A stretch of DNA of 64,000 bases from an uncultured Chloroflexia bacterium (GTDB taxonomy: Bacteria > Chloroflexota > Limnocylindria > Limnocylindrales > CSP1-4). A program made the position numbers and the translations under genes. Shown here one piece after another: positions 1 to 9,265 of the stretch (position 1 is its first letter; each line of letters opens with the position of its first letter). Below the pieces are notes generated by a model. It made no database searches. It worked only from the letters and a program-made list of their open reading frames with translations, and had not been told where the DNA came from. The stretch spans positions 15,005 to 79,004 of the forward strand of contig CAVWJB010000003.1 of assembly GCA_963755285.1 (NCBI GenBank), in the 5' to 3' direction.

Positions 1-588
1 AGATCTGGGCCAGCTTCTCGGTCGCGGTCGGGATCGCGAGGAGCGCGTCAGAGGTGTAATTGAAGGCGCCGGCGAGTCCGACCGCATTCAGGACCTCGGA
101 GACGTTCCACGGAACGCCGAAGCCGATCTCGTCCCAGTGCAGCGCCTCACCGGTCAGGGAGATGACGAATGTGAGGCCGGCCAATGCGACCCCAACGAGC
201 CAGAGCCCCTGTTTCCCGCCCCGATAGCCCCCGGTGATGAACACCCGCACCATGTGAACCAGGACCAGTCCGAAGATCAGGTAGGCGTTGTAGAAGTGGA
301 AGTTGAGGGCGACTGACCAGCCGGGCGTCGCGAGCAGATGCTGCGTGATCCCGTACGCCTGCCCGGCATCGGGCGTGTAGACGAGCGACAGCAGGAACCC
401 GGTGAAGACCTCGAGACCGAGCGCGATCGCCAGCACGCCACCGAGCAGGTACCAGATGCTGTTCAATTCAACCGGGATCAGGTAGTCGCTGACCAGCTGT
501 CGGAGCCCGAACTGGTCGCTGAGGGTGGACCAGACTCCACGCCGGGCGGGCGGAGTCGTCGATGGCTCAGGGGACACAGACGAGGTCA
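1..588 (-). CDS. cytochrome b (bc-type complex b subunit), N-terminal part; the 3' end runs off the left window edge
   Basis: My own minus-strand translation from ATG 588..586 gives MTSSVSPEP...LIPVELNSIWYLLGGVLAIALGLEVFTGFLLSLVYTPDAGQAY...NFHFYNAYLIFGLVLVHMVRVFITGGYR...LTGEALHWDEIGFGVPWN. It shows successive TM helices and two His residues 14 apart in one helix (FHF...VHM), as for the cytochrome b helix-B heme ligands. It is absent from the ORF track because there is no stop inside the window. Confidence 0.8.
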
Positions 589-978
589 TGGACCCGCCCT
601 CCTGCTTTCGGATCGCGACCCGAGCCCGGATCGACGCAACCGGGCAAACGTGACCGCCGATTATCCGCCCGCGGAGGCAGGCGCCGTCGAGGGCCAAATG
701 GCCCCATTAGAACCCGTGCTTCGACCGGGATGCCGACGACCTCGAAGCGCAGCGGCGAGGACGAAATGCTCGCCTGGTGAGGGACGAAGGTGCTACCCGA
801 AACGGCCTCCTAGAGACCCTTCTTGCCGACGCCGGCGAGACGCCCGTGGAACACTCTCGCCAGACGCGGCGGAGGGGAGCTGCGAAGCCTGGGATTCGCG
901 CGGTTCCGCGACGGGACCCCGACCCGACTCGCTCCACGAACGGCCTCTCACGCCAGCGGTCGTAGCTGGGGGTGGGAC

Positions 979-3875
979 ATGACCACGACGGCCATCGGCT
1001 ATCGCGTCGACGGGGTGATCACCGACGAGGTATCGGGCCAGCCGATCCCGGGTCTCCGGGTGCGGGCGTACGACAAGGACTTCTTCCGCGAGCAGCTCCT
1101 GGGCGACGGCCACACCGACGAGACCGGGCGCTACGAGATCCGGTTCGATCGCGACGACTTCACCGGTCCGCTCCTCCGGATCGAGCGCCACCCGGACATC
1201 TTCCTCACGGTCTACGACGCCGAGGACCGGCTCGTCCACACGACCCGGGACAGCATCGTCGTCGACGCCGAACGCCAGACCTCGATCGACCTGCGCATCC
1301 CGTTCTTCCCGAAGCCGGGATCCGAGCCTGGCGTGGTCGACCTGTTCGGAATCGCGGTCAACCTGCCCGAGGTCGCCAAGCTGAACGCCGAGGAGGTGCT
1401 CGGCGCCTACCGGCTGTGGCGCGGCTACGAGGGCGTCGAGCAGGCCGAGCGGATCAGGCGCGCCTTTCCCGGGCTGTTCGCGGTCCAGGAAGCCCCTCCC
1501 GAGTGCGGCAACGGGATCCCCGAGCTGTTCCACTACCTGATGCTCGAGCGGAACGCGCTCGACGTGCTGGCCGACGCCGACGCCGACCCGTACTCGGGCG
1601 CGACCGTCCACCAGTTCTTCACCGCCAACATCGTCGTCAACTACACGACCGACGCGACGTTGCCCGGGGGCGCGACGAACCCGAACCAGCTCCCGGCCGG
1701 CTCGGCCACGATCCCGACCGCCGACGCGACCTACAGCATGCCGAACGGGACGGTGATCGGCACCGTCCGCCACCTCCTGGCCGACCTCAACGCGTCGAAC
1801 ACCGAGGTCGCCCCGACCTACATCCAGAAGATCGGGCTGCTGGCCGAGTACTCGCTGTCGCACTACATCAACGCGCCGTTCAGCTACCTCGACCCGCGCG
1901 GCGGGCTGAGCCGGCTCGAGTTCCGGATCCTCGGGCTCGGGGCCGGCGTCGCCGGCTACGCCGTGCCGAGCGACTTCCACATGGAGCTCAACACCTCGAA
2001 CTCGGACAGCCAGAACCTCGGCACGGTCCCGCACGAGCTGTTCCACCTGGTCCAGTTCCGCTACAACGCCGGCGCCGGGTCCGGCCGGCGGCATCCGCCA
2101 GAGCACGATGGAGGGCGGCGCGCGGTTCCTCGAGGAGTCGATCAACGAGACGCCCGAACCGCTACGTCGAGTCGGCGGTCGATCCGGACCTGTCGACCTC
2201 GCCCGTCCCGCGCAAGGGCATCTTCACGTTCCCGAGCGAGACGCTCCTCGACGTCGGCGGCTCATCGCTGTTGCGCTATGCCGCGGGGCTGCTCTGGAAG
2301 TACATGGCCGAGCAGCACTCGACCCGGACCGGGGCGGCCGACGAGCCGGCCATCGGCGTCGATGCCTACCGCAAGATCATCGAGCAGATGAAGACCACCG
2401 CCAGCGACTTCTCGGTCGCGGCGGTCCGCAACGGGCGCGGCCAGCTGCCGTGGTACGGCTCGTTCGACCAGTTCGGCTACTACGACGCCGCGGCGACCGA
2501 GCTCGACAGCCACGAGACGACCTGGGCGAACTTCCTGCTGGCCAACTACTTCCACCGCCTCCGGACGCCGGCCTCGCCCGGCTTCGACGCGCGGTTCGAC
2601 TACCTGGAGGACGAGGACGCGGCCGGCAACGTCGCCAAGCTCGACACGTTCGGGCCGGCGATCGCGGCCGGCAACGCGATCACGATGGTCCAGGGCAGCG
2701 CCGTGACGAAGACCGTCGTCGGGCACAAGCCGTACGCCGCCGTCTACTACGAGCTGACGCCGGGGACGCCGGCGCCGCGGATGGTCCGGGTCAACGTCAC
2801 GACCTCCGCCGGGCTGAGCGACCCGATCATCCAGGTCGTCCGGATCGGCGCGGCCAATGCGCTGGTCGACATCCACCGCTCCGACCGCTCGTCGTACTCG
2901 AAGACGATCAACATGGCCGGCCTGACCAAGGTCCTCGTGATCGTCGCGAGCAAGGAGCACGCCGGCGACTTCACGATCCACTTCGACGAGGTCGCCGCGG
3001 CGACCGACGTGATGATCACCCGCTGGAACACGGCCGTCGGGACCGAGTACGAGGTCAACCCGAAGGGCTGGTCGTGGACCTGGGTGTCGCCGGACATCAT
3101 GGTCGACTCGAACAACGACCTGCTCGACGACACGAGCGTCTTCTTCGGCCAGAACAACAAGCTCAAGGTGCGGCTGCGCAATCGCGGCAACGCGGATGCG
3201 TCGAACATCCAGATCAGCCTCTTCTACCAGAAGGCCACGCCCCATCTGACGAGCGCCGGCTGGATCCCCGTCCAGAACGCGGCCAACGTGACCCAGGTGC
3301 TGACCGGGCTGAACCTGGCGGCCGGTGCCGAGACCTGGTTCACCGCCGACTGGGCCCCGGCCGACGACGGGACCCATCACAACCACTGGTGCGTCAAGGC
3401 CGTCGTGTCGTGCGCCGGCGACCCGAACGCCGACAACAAGATGGCGTTCCGGAACTTCGACAACGTCGCGGTCGGCAGCCCGGACACCGTGTTCGACGCG
3501 CTGATCCGGTACGGGCAGTGGACGGACGGCGACCGGCTCCAGATCATCCCGCGCGGCCGAGCCCAGACGCTGGTGGCCGACCGCAAGACGCTCCCCCGGC
3601 CGATCCCGACCGGCTGCGATCCGGCGTCGTCAGACCGTCACCTGGTCCACGGCGTTCCGCTCGAGATGAGCTTCGCCAGGCTCCGGGTCGTCTCGGCCGA
3701 CCTCGAACCGTGGGACGGAGCGTCCACGCTCGAGCCCGACGGAACGGGCGCCTACTACCCGGTCGACGAGCGGACGCTGCCGCCCGGGCTGAGCTCCGAC
3801 GACATCGTCACGGTGGCCCATGTCCGGAACGGCCACCCGATCGGCGGCGTCACGTACCGGATCTCGAAGCCGTAG
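979..3875 (+). pseudogene. large (~960 aa) HExxH gluzincin-like metallopeptidase with an N-terminal beta-sandwich (transthyretin/CarboxypepD_reg-like) and a C-terminal CARDB-like region; the frame is broken twice as sequenced
   Basis: ATG 979 is preceded by GGGGGTGGGA. The frame of ORF 823..2391 reads MTTTAIGYRVDGVITDEVSGQPIPGLRVRAYDKDFF... up to GTVPHELFHLVQFRYNAGAG. About 25 codons then follow in the frame of ORF 2108.. (IRQSTMEGGARFLEESINETP). The rest is in the frame of ORF 972..3875 (NRYVESAVDPDL... to the stop at 3875). The shifts lie near 2075-2090 and 2153-2160. HELFH followed by EGGA about 22 aa later resembles MA(E)-clan peptidases. No signal peptide is visible. Confidence 0.7.
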
Positions 3876-3956
3876 TCCAGCGGCGCCGGTGCCGGTCACG
3901 CGGCACGGCACCGGCGCCTGCTCGCTCCCGCCCTACCTTGATCCTGCCCTGACTTC

Positions 3957-4928
3957 TCATGGGCCCCGATCGATGACCATCGATTCGAGGATCGCCTGGA
4001 GCTCGGCCAGGTCCGCCGCAGGGGTCGCGGGCATGTGCGAAACGTCGATCACCAGCGGCCGGCGATCGACATCGACCATGTACACGACGTCGATCTGGCC
4101 CGGGGCATTGTGGGAGTTCGCGCCATCGGCGACATTCCATTCGCTCCAGCTCCGGAACTCCCCCTTGTCGCAGGTCGAGAGATCCAGGTCCGCGGGCACC
4201 GTCAGCTGGATCCGCAATGCAGACTCACCGCCCAGCGTCACCTCGGTCAGCCGACGTGGGAGGGGACCGCGGAGGCTCTGGTTCGCCAACCCACCGTCCT
4301 GGGGCGCCACGACGATCCCCTTCGCGTCGTGCGAGTGGTTGGCGAGATCGATCGGACTGAGCGTGCTCGTCTGCCAATGACACGGGTCGGCGTAGACCCG
4401 ATCCACGGCCCAGGCGCTGAACGCCATCTCATCAGGCTGACCCAGGTGCTTGGACACGAGCCCACCACTGATGACCCACCCAGCTGGCAGCGTGAAGACG
4501 ATCCGCCGGTAGTCGGGACAACCACCTCGGCACAGGGCGTTGCCGCCGGGCGCGAGCGCCGGATTCATCAGGAAATGGGTCCCGGGCGCGAGCGCGCTTG
4601 GAGGCGGGACGGGGCTGGGCGTCGCTGAAGGGCTCGGCGTGGCCGCCTGGCTCGGCGTCACTGCGGGGCCCTGCGTCGGCGTGCTGGTCGGGCCCGCGAC
4701 ACCGGGGCCGGAGACGCTCGGGCGGCCGAAGATGATGACACCGGCGGCAGCAACGGCCACGACCATCGCACCGGCCAGTGCCAAGCGTGCGAACGTGTTG
4801 ATCCGCGGGGCGGAGCGCCGCGAAACCCGGACCGCAAGCTCATCTGCGCTCGGCGATCCGTCGAGCTGCCCGGCCTGCCAGTCCAGGAAGCGCCGGAGCT
4901 CCTCGTCCATCCTGGCCTCGTTGCTCAT
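3957..4928 (-). CDS. anti-sigma-factor-like single-pass membrane protein with a Pro/Ser/Thr-rich linker and an extracytoplasmic domain
   Basis: This is the internal start MSNEARMDEELRRFLDWQAG of ORF 3957..5255. Its ATG at 4928 overlaps the stop of the upstream sigma gene (ATGA). It has one TM helix (FARLALAGAMVVAVAAAGVIIF), then a PTSTPTQGPAVTPSQAATPSPSATPSPVPPP linker and a ~200-aa domain. The anti-sigma role is inferred from position only. Confidence 0.6.
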   Translation of the reverse strand: MSNEARMDEELRRFLDWQAGQLDGSPSADELAVRVSRRSAPRINTFARLALAGAMVVAVAAAGVIIFGRPSVSGPGVAGPTSTPTQGPAVTPSQAATPSPSATPSPVPPPSALAPGTHFLMNPALAPGGNALCRGGCPDYRRIVFTLPAGWVISGGLVSKHLGQPDEMAFSAWAVDRVYADPCHWQTSTLSPIDLANHSHDAKGIVVAPQDGGLANQSLRGPLPRRLTEVTLGGESALRIQLTVPADLDLSTCDKGEFRSWSEWNVADGANSHNAPGQIDVVYMVDVDRRPLVIDVSHMPATPAADLAELQAILESMVIDRGP

Positions 4929-5488
4929 GACTCGCGCTCCCCGAGCTCTCGCCGCAGCCGATCCTTGGCCAGACGTAGCCGCGAGCGGACCGTCTCGACC
5001 GGAGCGCCGACGAGGTCGGCCGTCTCGACCACCGAGTAGCCCGCGTACAGGTGGAGGGCGACGACGGCGCGCTGCTCGGCCGACAGCTCGGCATACGCCG
5101 TCCGAAGGGCGCCCCAGGCCGGGAGGTGCTCGCTCGTCGCGTCGACCGGCTCGATCCAGGCGACGCGCGACTCGATCGGGAAGAAGCGCCCAAGCCAGGA
5201 CCGCCGCGAGCGGTTGATCCGGATCGCCTCCCGGACGACGATCCGATCGAGCCACGGCCGGAGCCTCGAGTCGTCTCGCAGACTCGTCCGTCGGCGCCAG
5301 GCCTGCTCGAGACCCACCTGGACCGCGTCAGCGGCATCGGCCCCGTCGCGGCAGATCAGGCGGGCGAGACGCACGAGTCGGTCGTAGTGCTCGGTGACGA
5401 ACTCGTTCAGGGTCGCGTCGGCCAGGACGCCGGAGACTGCATCCGCGCGATCGACGTCCATGGGCTGCGCCGACTCCGTGCTGGTCAT
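4925..5488 (-). CDS. ECF (sigma-70 family) RNA polymerase sigma factor
   Basis: The 187-aa ORF has a region 2-like stretch (YDRLVRLARLICRDGADAADAVQVGLEQAWRR...RPWLDRIVVREAI) and a region 4 HTH (LSAEQRAVVALHLYAGYSVVETADLVGAPVETVRSRLRLAKDRLRREL). Confidence 0.9.
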   Translation of the reverse strand: MTSTESAQPMDVDRADAVSGVLADATLNEFVTEHYDRLVRLARLICRDGADAADAVQVGLEQAWRRRTSLRDDSRLRPWLDRIVVREAIRINRSRRSWLGRFFPIESRVAWIEPVDATSEHLPAWGALRTAYAELSAEQRAVVALHLYAGYSVVETADLVGAPVETVRSRLRLAKDRLRRELGERES

Positions 5489-5566
5489 CTCAACGGTACA
5501 GAACGCGGCGAGCCACCCAACGGGTCAATCGAATGCAACCAGCGGCGACGCGAACCTGAGCCGCGC

Positions 5567-6757
5567 CTAGCGCTTCGTTCCGAGCTTCACCGAGACGTCG
5601 CGCTCGGCACCGTCGCGGACGATGTGGAGCGTGACGGTCTGTCCGGCTGCGAACTGGACGACGACGATCTCGAGCGGGTGCTGGAAGTCGATCGTCTGGT
5701 CCTCGATCCCGACGATGACGTCGCCGTCGCGGAGACCGGCCGCGTCGGCGGGGCTGCCCGCCACGACGGCCGCCCGGAAGCCGCCGCTGTCGGCGGGCTG
5801 CTTCTGGAGGAGGGCGCCGTGGTCGACGGTCAGCTTCTGCTCCTGTTTCACGCCGAGGTCGACGGGGGTGTAGCGCACGCCCAGGAACGGGCGGGTCAAC
5901 GGCTTGCCGGCGATCGCCTCGTCGATGATCGGGCGGGCGACGTCGATCGGGATCGCGAAGCCGAGTCCTTCGGCCCCGAAGTTGCCGATCGCCGACAGCG
6001 TGTTGACGCCGACGACACGGCCGGCAAAGTCGACCAGTGGCCCGCCGCTGTTGCCTTGGTTGATGGCCGCATCGGTCTGGAGCATGTTGCGGTACTCACC
6101 CGAGTCGTCCAGGAACGTCGTTCGGGAGAGGCCCGAGACGACACCGCTGGTCACCGAGTTCGCGAACGAACCGAGCGGGTTCCCGATCGCGATGACCGGA
6201 TCGCCGACCGCGAGGTCGCCGGAACGCCCCAGTTCGACCGCGGTCAGGTCGGGCAGCTTCACGCGGACCAGGGCAAGGTCCGTAAGGGTGTCGACGGCGA
6301 TGACGTTGCCGGTGGCCGTCCGCCCGTCGCCGAACGTGACGGTGACCTTCTTGTCCTCCTCGACGACGTGGTGGTTCGTCAGGATCAACCCGTCGGGCGA
6401 GACGACGAACCCGGAGCCGACGCCGTCCTTCGCCGCGACGACGACCACCGACTTCGAGACCTTCGCCGCCGCGGCCGCGGCGGTTCCGGGTGCCGCGGCG
6501 CCCGCAACCGTGCCGCTGTTCGGTGATGCCGCCGAGGCGCTCCCGGTCGCCGACGACGCGTTCGGACCGGCCGAGGCCTTCGCCTCCAGGGTCGGCTGGG
6601 GCGCCGACGTCGACTGACGACCGCCACCGACGACCAACGTGGTGATCACCGAGGCGAGGACCGCGGCGATGACGGCGATGGCGATCGTGACGACGGGCGA
6701 CAGCGTCGCACCGGACCGAGCAGGCGGCTGGGCATTCATCTGGCCCGGACCGGTCAT
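5567..6757 (-). CDS. HtrA/DegP-type trypsin-like serine protease with a C-terminal PDZ domain, membrane anchored
   Basis: ORF 5567..6868 contains an N-terminal TM (VVTIAIAVIAAVLASVITTLVVGG), TNHHVV (His), TDLALV (Asp), the catalytic INQGNSGGPLVDFAGRVVGVNT, and a PDZ-like tail (GLRDGDVIVGIEDQTI). The start is set at ATG 6757; 6739 and 6868 are alternatives. Confidence 0.88.
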   Translation of the reverse strand: MTGPGQMNAQPPARSGATLSPVVTIAIAVIAAVLASVITTLVVGGGRQSTSAPQPTLEAKASAGPNASSATGSASAASPNSGTVAGAAAPGTAAAAAAKVSKSVVVVAAKDGVGSGFVVSPDGLILTNHHVVEEDKKVTVTFGDGRTATGNVIAVDTLTDLALVRVKLPDLTAVELGRSGDLAVGDPVIAIGNPLGSFANSVTSGVVSGLSRTTFLDDSGEYRNMLQTDAAINQGNSGGPLVDFAGRVVGVNTLSAIGNFGAEGLGFAIPIDVARPIIDEAIAGKPLTRPFLGVRYTPVDLGVKQEQKLTVDHGALLQKQPADSGGFRAAVVAGSPADAAGLRDGDVIVGIEDQTIDFQHPLEIVVVQFAAGQTVTLHIVRDGAERDVSVKLGTKR

Positions 6758-6974
6758 CGACCCGCGTGAGTCCTGACGAGTCCTCGAAGCCCCGGCGTCA
6801 AGCGGCGCACGACCCCATCTTGACGACGCAGTCAACCCGCGGCTCGCCGGGGAGTCTCGGATGGTCACGTCCCGTTCGAGAACGACCGAAAGTCAGGGTT
6901 ACCTCGTCGGTCATCGTCCCTGACGATCCGATCATCGGGTCCGCGGGCGCGACCCGCCGTGATCGAGGACCGCA

Positions 6975-7571
6975 GTGACGCGAGCGACGAATACGAGTGC
7001 GCAGGCAACCCTCCGGAGCATCGCCCCGGCCTTGGCCGTGCTCGTCGCGTTCGTGCTCGTCGGCGCGATCGCAGGCTGGCTGTTCGTCAAGTCGCCGTCG
7101 TTGTCGGCGCCGTCGTTCCGTCGGATCGGTCGATCAGCTGGCATCTGGGGCTTCCCCCGTTCTATGGGTCTCGGCTCGACCCGACAACCGCCGAGACGAC
7201 CACCGAGATCTCGGCGTCTGTCGGGAGGCCCGCATGCACCAGCTACGGGACGGACTTCCCGAGTGACGACTCCTGGCTGGCGCCAGCCGTCGATCATCTA
7301 CACGCCGTCGGCTGTGACCATCACGATGCACGACGAGGTCTCGAGGGCTTCAAGAGGTCGCCGTCGATGGGGTCATCCTCGACTCATACATCCCCGTCAC
7401 GGTCCACTTGAGCCCAACCGCTCAGGGGCCGGGCCCTGTTCGATGGCTCATCGGATCCTCCGGCCGCCCGACCGTACCCCTGAGCGCCTCGCGACCCAGA
7501 TCACGTCGTTGTCAGGACCTTCTCAGGCGCTGCGGACAGCATTCGCGAAGTCGATGACAATGCCCCGATGA
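6975..7571 (+). pseudogene. possible degraded membrane-anchored protein gene; coding-like signal hops between three frames
   Basis: GTG 6975 gives a convincing signal-anchor (MTRATNTSAQATLRSIAPALAVLVAFVLVGAIAGWLFVKSPSLSAPS), after which the frame degenerates. Protein-like stretches with GC-rich third positions continue in other frames (ISWHLGLPPFYGSRLDPTTAETTTEISASVGRPACTSYGTDFPSDDSWLAPAVDHLHAVG, then EVAVDGVILDSYIPVTVHLSPTAQGPGPV). I recognise no family. Confidence 0.2.
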
Positions 7572-8749
7572 CGACACCACCCGACCCTGTGGCCGAGCGA
7601 CCCCCCGAGCGCGGGATCGGCGGTGGACGGAAGCGACGCAAGATCCAGGCGCCGCCGCGCAAGGACGGCAACGGGCTGCTCATCGTCGGGCTGCTCAGCG
7701 CGCTCGCGCTGGTCGTCGGCGGGTTCGCCCTCTACCTGATCGCCACTCGCCCGGCGACGCCGGCGGCCGCATCGACGGCCTCGTGCCGCACGATCGCCTG
7801 GGAGTCGCTGCCGGACAACGACGCGCTCCCCGAGGGCTGGACGGTCACCGGGAGCGGCTTCTACACCGACGGCTACGGCGCCTCGTTCTCCGGCCCGGTC
7901 GCGTCCGGATCCCCGGCGCCGGTGATCAACGTCCGGGTGAGCTGCTACGGCTCCGACGGCCACCTCGCGGTCACCCGCTCGCACGACGCGGACCTCGCGG
8001 TCGGCGGGACCGACGTCCCGTTCGCGGATGTCGGCGACGAGGCGCTCGCGACGAAGGACCGGACCGGCACGACGACCTCGGTCTACGTCCGGCGCGGCCA
8101 GCTCGTCGCGTCGATCGCCTCGCAGGGCGTGTCCGCGGACGACCTGGAGGAGGCGGCCGGAGCGATCGATGACGCAATGGACACCGCCGAGTCGGCGGTC
8201 GCCGAGGCCAGCCCGGGGGCCGAACCGAACGCCTCCGACGAGGGCGAGGTCCCGACCGACGAGCTCGGGACCGACGTGCCCGATGAGACGCCGACCCACA
8301 CCTTCCCCGAGCTCGAGGCGATCCTGCCCAAGACCGTCGAAGGTGCCCCGTTCGTGTCCGAGAGCACGACGGCGACCGAGGTGATGTCGGGCGATCCGTC
8401 GGGCGAGGCCCTGTTCCAGTGGCTGACCCAGAACGGCAAGACGTCGGATCAGCTCGAGTTCGCAGATTCGTCCGATCCGACCGGCACGGTCGATGCCGAC
8501 TTCACCGCCCTGCGCGTCGACGGGATCGCCGCCGCCAAGCTCCGGGCGGAGCTCATCGCGACCTGGCTCAGCGCCGACACGACCGGCGTCACGCCGGTCA
8601 ACAAGACGATCGGCGGCAAGCCGGTCCAGGTGATCGACTACGGCGACGGGGGCTCGATCGACTACGTCTTCGACCAGGGCGACGCGGTGATCGTCCTGTC
8701 CTCCTCCGACCCGGCCGTCGTCGAGAAGGTGCTGGCCGGCTTCAAGTAG
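7568..8749 (+). CDS. hypothetical membrane-anchored extracytoplasmic protein
   Basis: The 393-aa ORF has a basic N-terminus, one TM (LLIVGLLSALALVVGGFALYLIA) and a well-composed soluble region with an acidic linker. Third positions are GC-rich throughout. A strong hairpin follows 18 nt after the stop. No family recognised. Confidence 0.8.
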   Translation: MTTPPDPVAERPPERGIGGGRKRRKIQAPPRKDGNGLLIVGLLSALALVVGGFALYLIATRPATPAAASTASCRTIAWESLPDNDALPEGWTVTGSGFYTDGYGASFSGPVASGSPAPVINVRVSCYGSDGHLAVTRSHDADLAVGGTDVPFADVGDEALATKDRTGTTTSVYVRRGQLVASIASQGVSADDLEEAAGAIDDAMDTAESAVAEASPGAEPNASDEGEVPTDELGTDVPDETPTHTFPELEAILPKTVEGAPFVSESTTATEVMSGDPSGEALFQWLTQNGKTSDQLEFADSSDPTGTVDADFTALRVDGIAAAKLRAELIATWLSADTTGVTPVNKTIGGKPVQVIDYGDGGSIDYVFDQGDAVIVLSSSDPAVVEKVLAGFK

Positions 8750-8767
8750 CTCGCGAGCAGCCATGAA

Positions 8768-8797
8768 GGAACCCCCGGGAGGAGCTCCGGGGGTTCC
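8768..8797. terminator. GC-rich hairpin between convergent genes (candidate bidirectional intrinsic terminator)
   Basis: GGAACCCCCGG-gaggagct-CCGGGGGTTCC forms an 11-bp perfect stem. It is followed on the plus strand by the T-containing tract tgtggttcgttggcgttcggttt. Confidence 0.5.
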
Positions 8798-8834
8798 TGT
8801 GGTTCGTTGGCGTTCGGTTTGGCGTCCGCTGGGT

Positions 8835-9265
8835 TCAGCGGCCCTTGTGCGGCCCGCCCAGGCGGGTCGGTTCGGGAGCGATGGCTTGCGCGGGAGCGTC
8901 TGCGAGTGGATGACGTCTCGGGCGATGAAGATCTGGGGCGCCGGCGCGTGCTCGGCGACCACCTCCGCCGCCTGGTAGCGCTGTTCGGCGGGCGCCGGGA
9001 CGGAGATCTCCGCCGGCCGCCGAGGAGCCGTGACATCACGGTAGTGCGGCGTGGGCGGCAGGTTCAGCACGTGACTGTCATGCCCGAGCAGCGACTTGAC
9101 ATACGTTTGGGCGTGCTCGGCGGGCGTGCTCGCCGGAGCGACCACGGGTCGCGCGCTGATGGCAACGGCGACGACGGCCACGAGCAGGGCAGCCGCGGCA
9201 GCGGTCAGGAGCCCGCCCAGCTGGTTCGAACCCTTCAGCGAGATGCTGTTCTGTGCTGCGGTCAT
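8835..9265 (-). CDS. hypothetical single-pass membrane protein; the 3' end is unresolved (no in-frame stop before it runs antisense into the neighbouring gene)
   Basis: ATG 9265 has AAGGGGGG 9 nt upstream. The sequence reads MTAAQNSISLKGSNQLGGLLTAAAAALLVAVVAVAISARPVV...AEQRYQAAEVVAEHAPAPQIFIARDVIHSQTLPRKPSLP with GC-rich third positions. The same frame stays open to 7523 (track ORF 7523..9313) across hairpin 8768-8797 and antisense to 7568..8749. A neighbouring frame ends ...EPTRLGGPHKGR* with its stop at 8837..8835, so a 1-nt indel is suspected. Confidence 0.35.

Noticed and set aside
793-2145. A 450-aa minus-strand ORF, and similar long ORFs such as 13765..16107(-), 35937..37358(-), 54263..56593(-), 59783..61675(-), 42191..43708(-) and 27060..28367(-).
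   Set aside because: Their translations are dominated by Arg/Pro/Gly/Asp runs with no motifs. Each lies antisense to, or out of frame with, an ORF that has clear domain signatures. Long stop-free shadow frames are expected in very GC-rich DNA.
2070-2165. The idea that the frame changes are programmed ribosomal frameshifts or intein/intron-like recoding.
   Set aside because: I saw no slippery heptamer or downstream pseudoknot context. The breaks occur in about a dozen unrelated genes, on both strands, and at arbitrary GC-rich positions. For the duplicated gene they are plainly extra bases relative to the intact copy.
5489-5566. An ECF-type promoter (GGAAC … CGTT) upstream of the sigma gene.
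   Set aside because: Only loose matches are present on the minus strand (GGTTGC … CGTTGGG). The spacing and sequence are not convincing enough to report as a feature.
7523-8834. The continuation of minus-strand ORF 7523..9313 through the 7568..8749 region.
   Set aside because: It is antisense to a well-composed plus-strand gene, its translation is Arg/Gly/Asp-rich nonsense, and it crosses a strong hairpin. Only the 5' ~430 nt (9265 down to ~8835) look coding.
9215-9240. A GGTTCGAACCC string resembling a tRNA T-arm/loop.
   Set aside because: No complementary 5-bp T-stem, acceptor stem or anticodon arm can be drawn around it. It lies inside the coding-like segment KGSNQLGG of the minus-strand gene. 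I found no convincing tRNA anywhere in the window.
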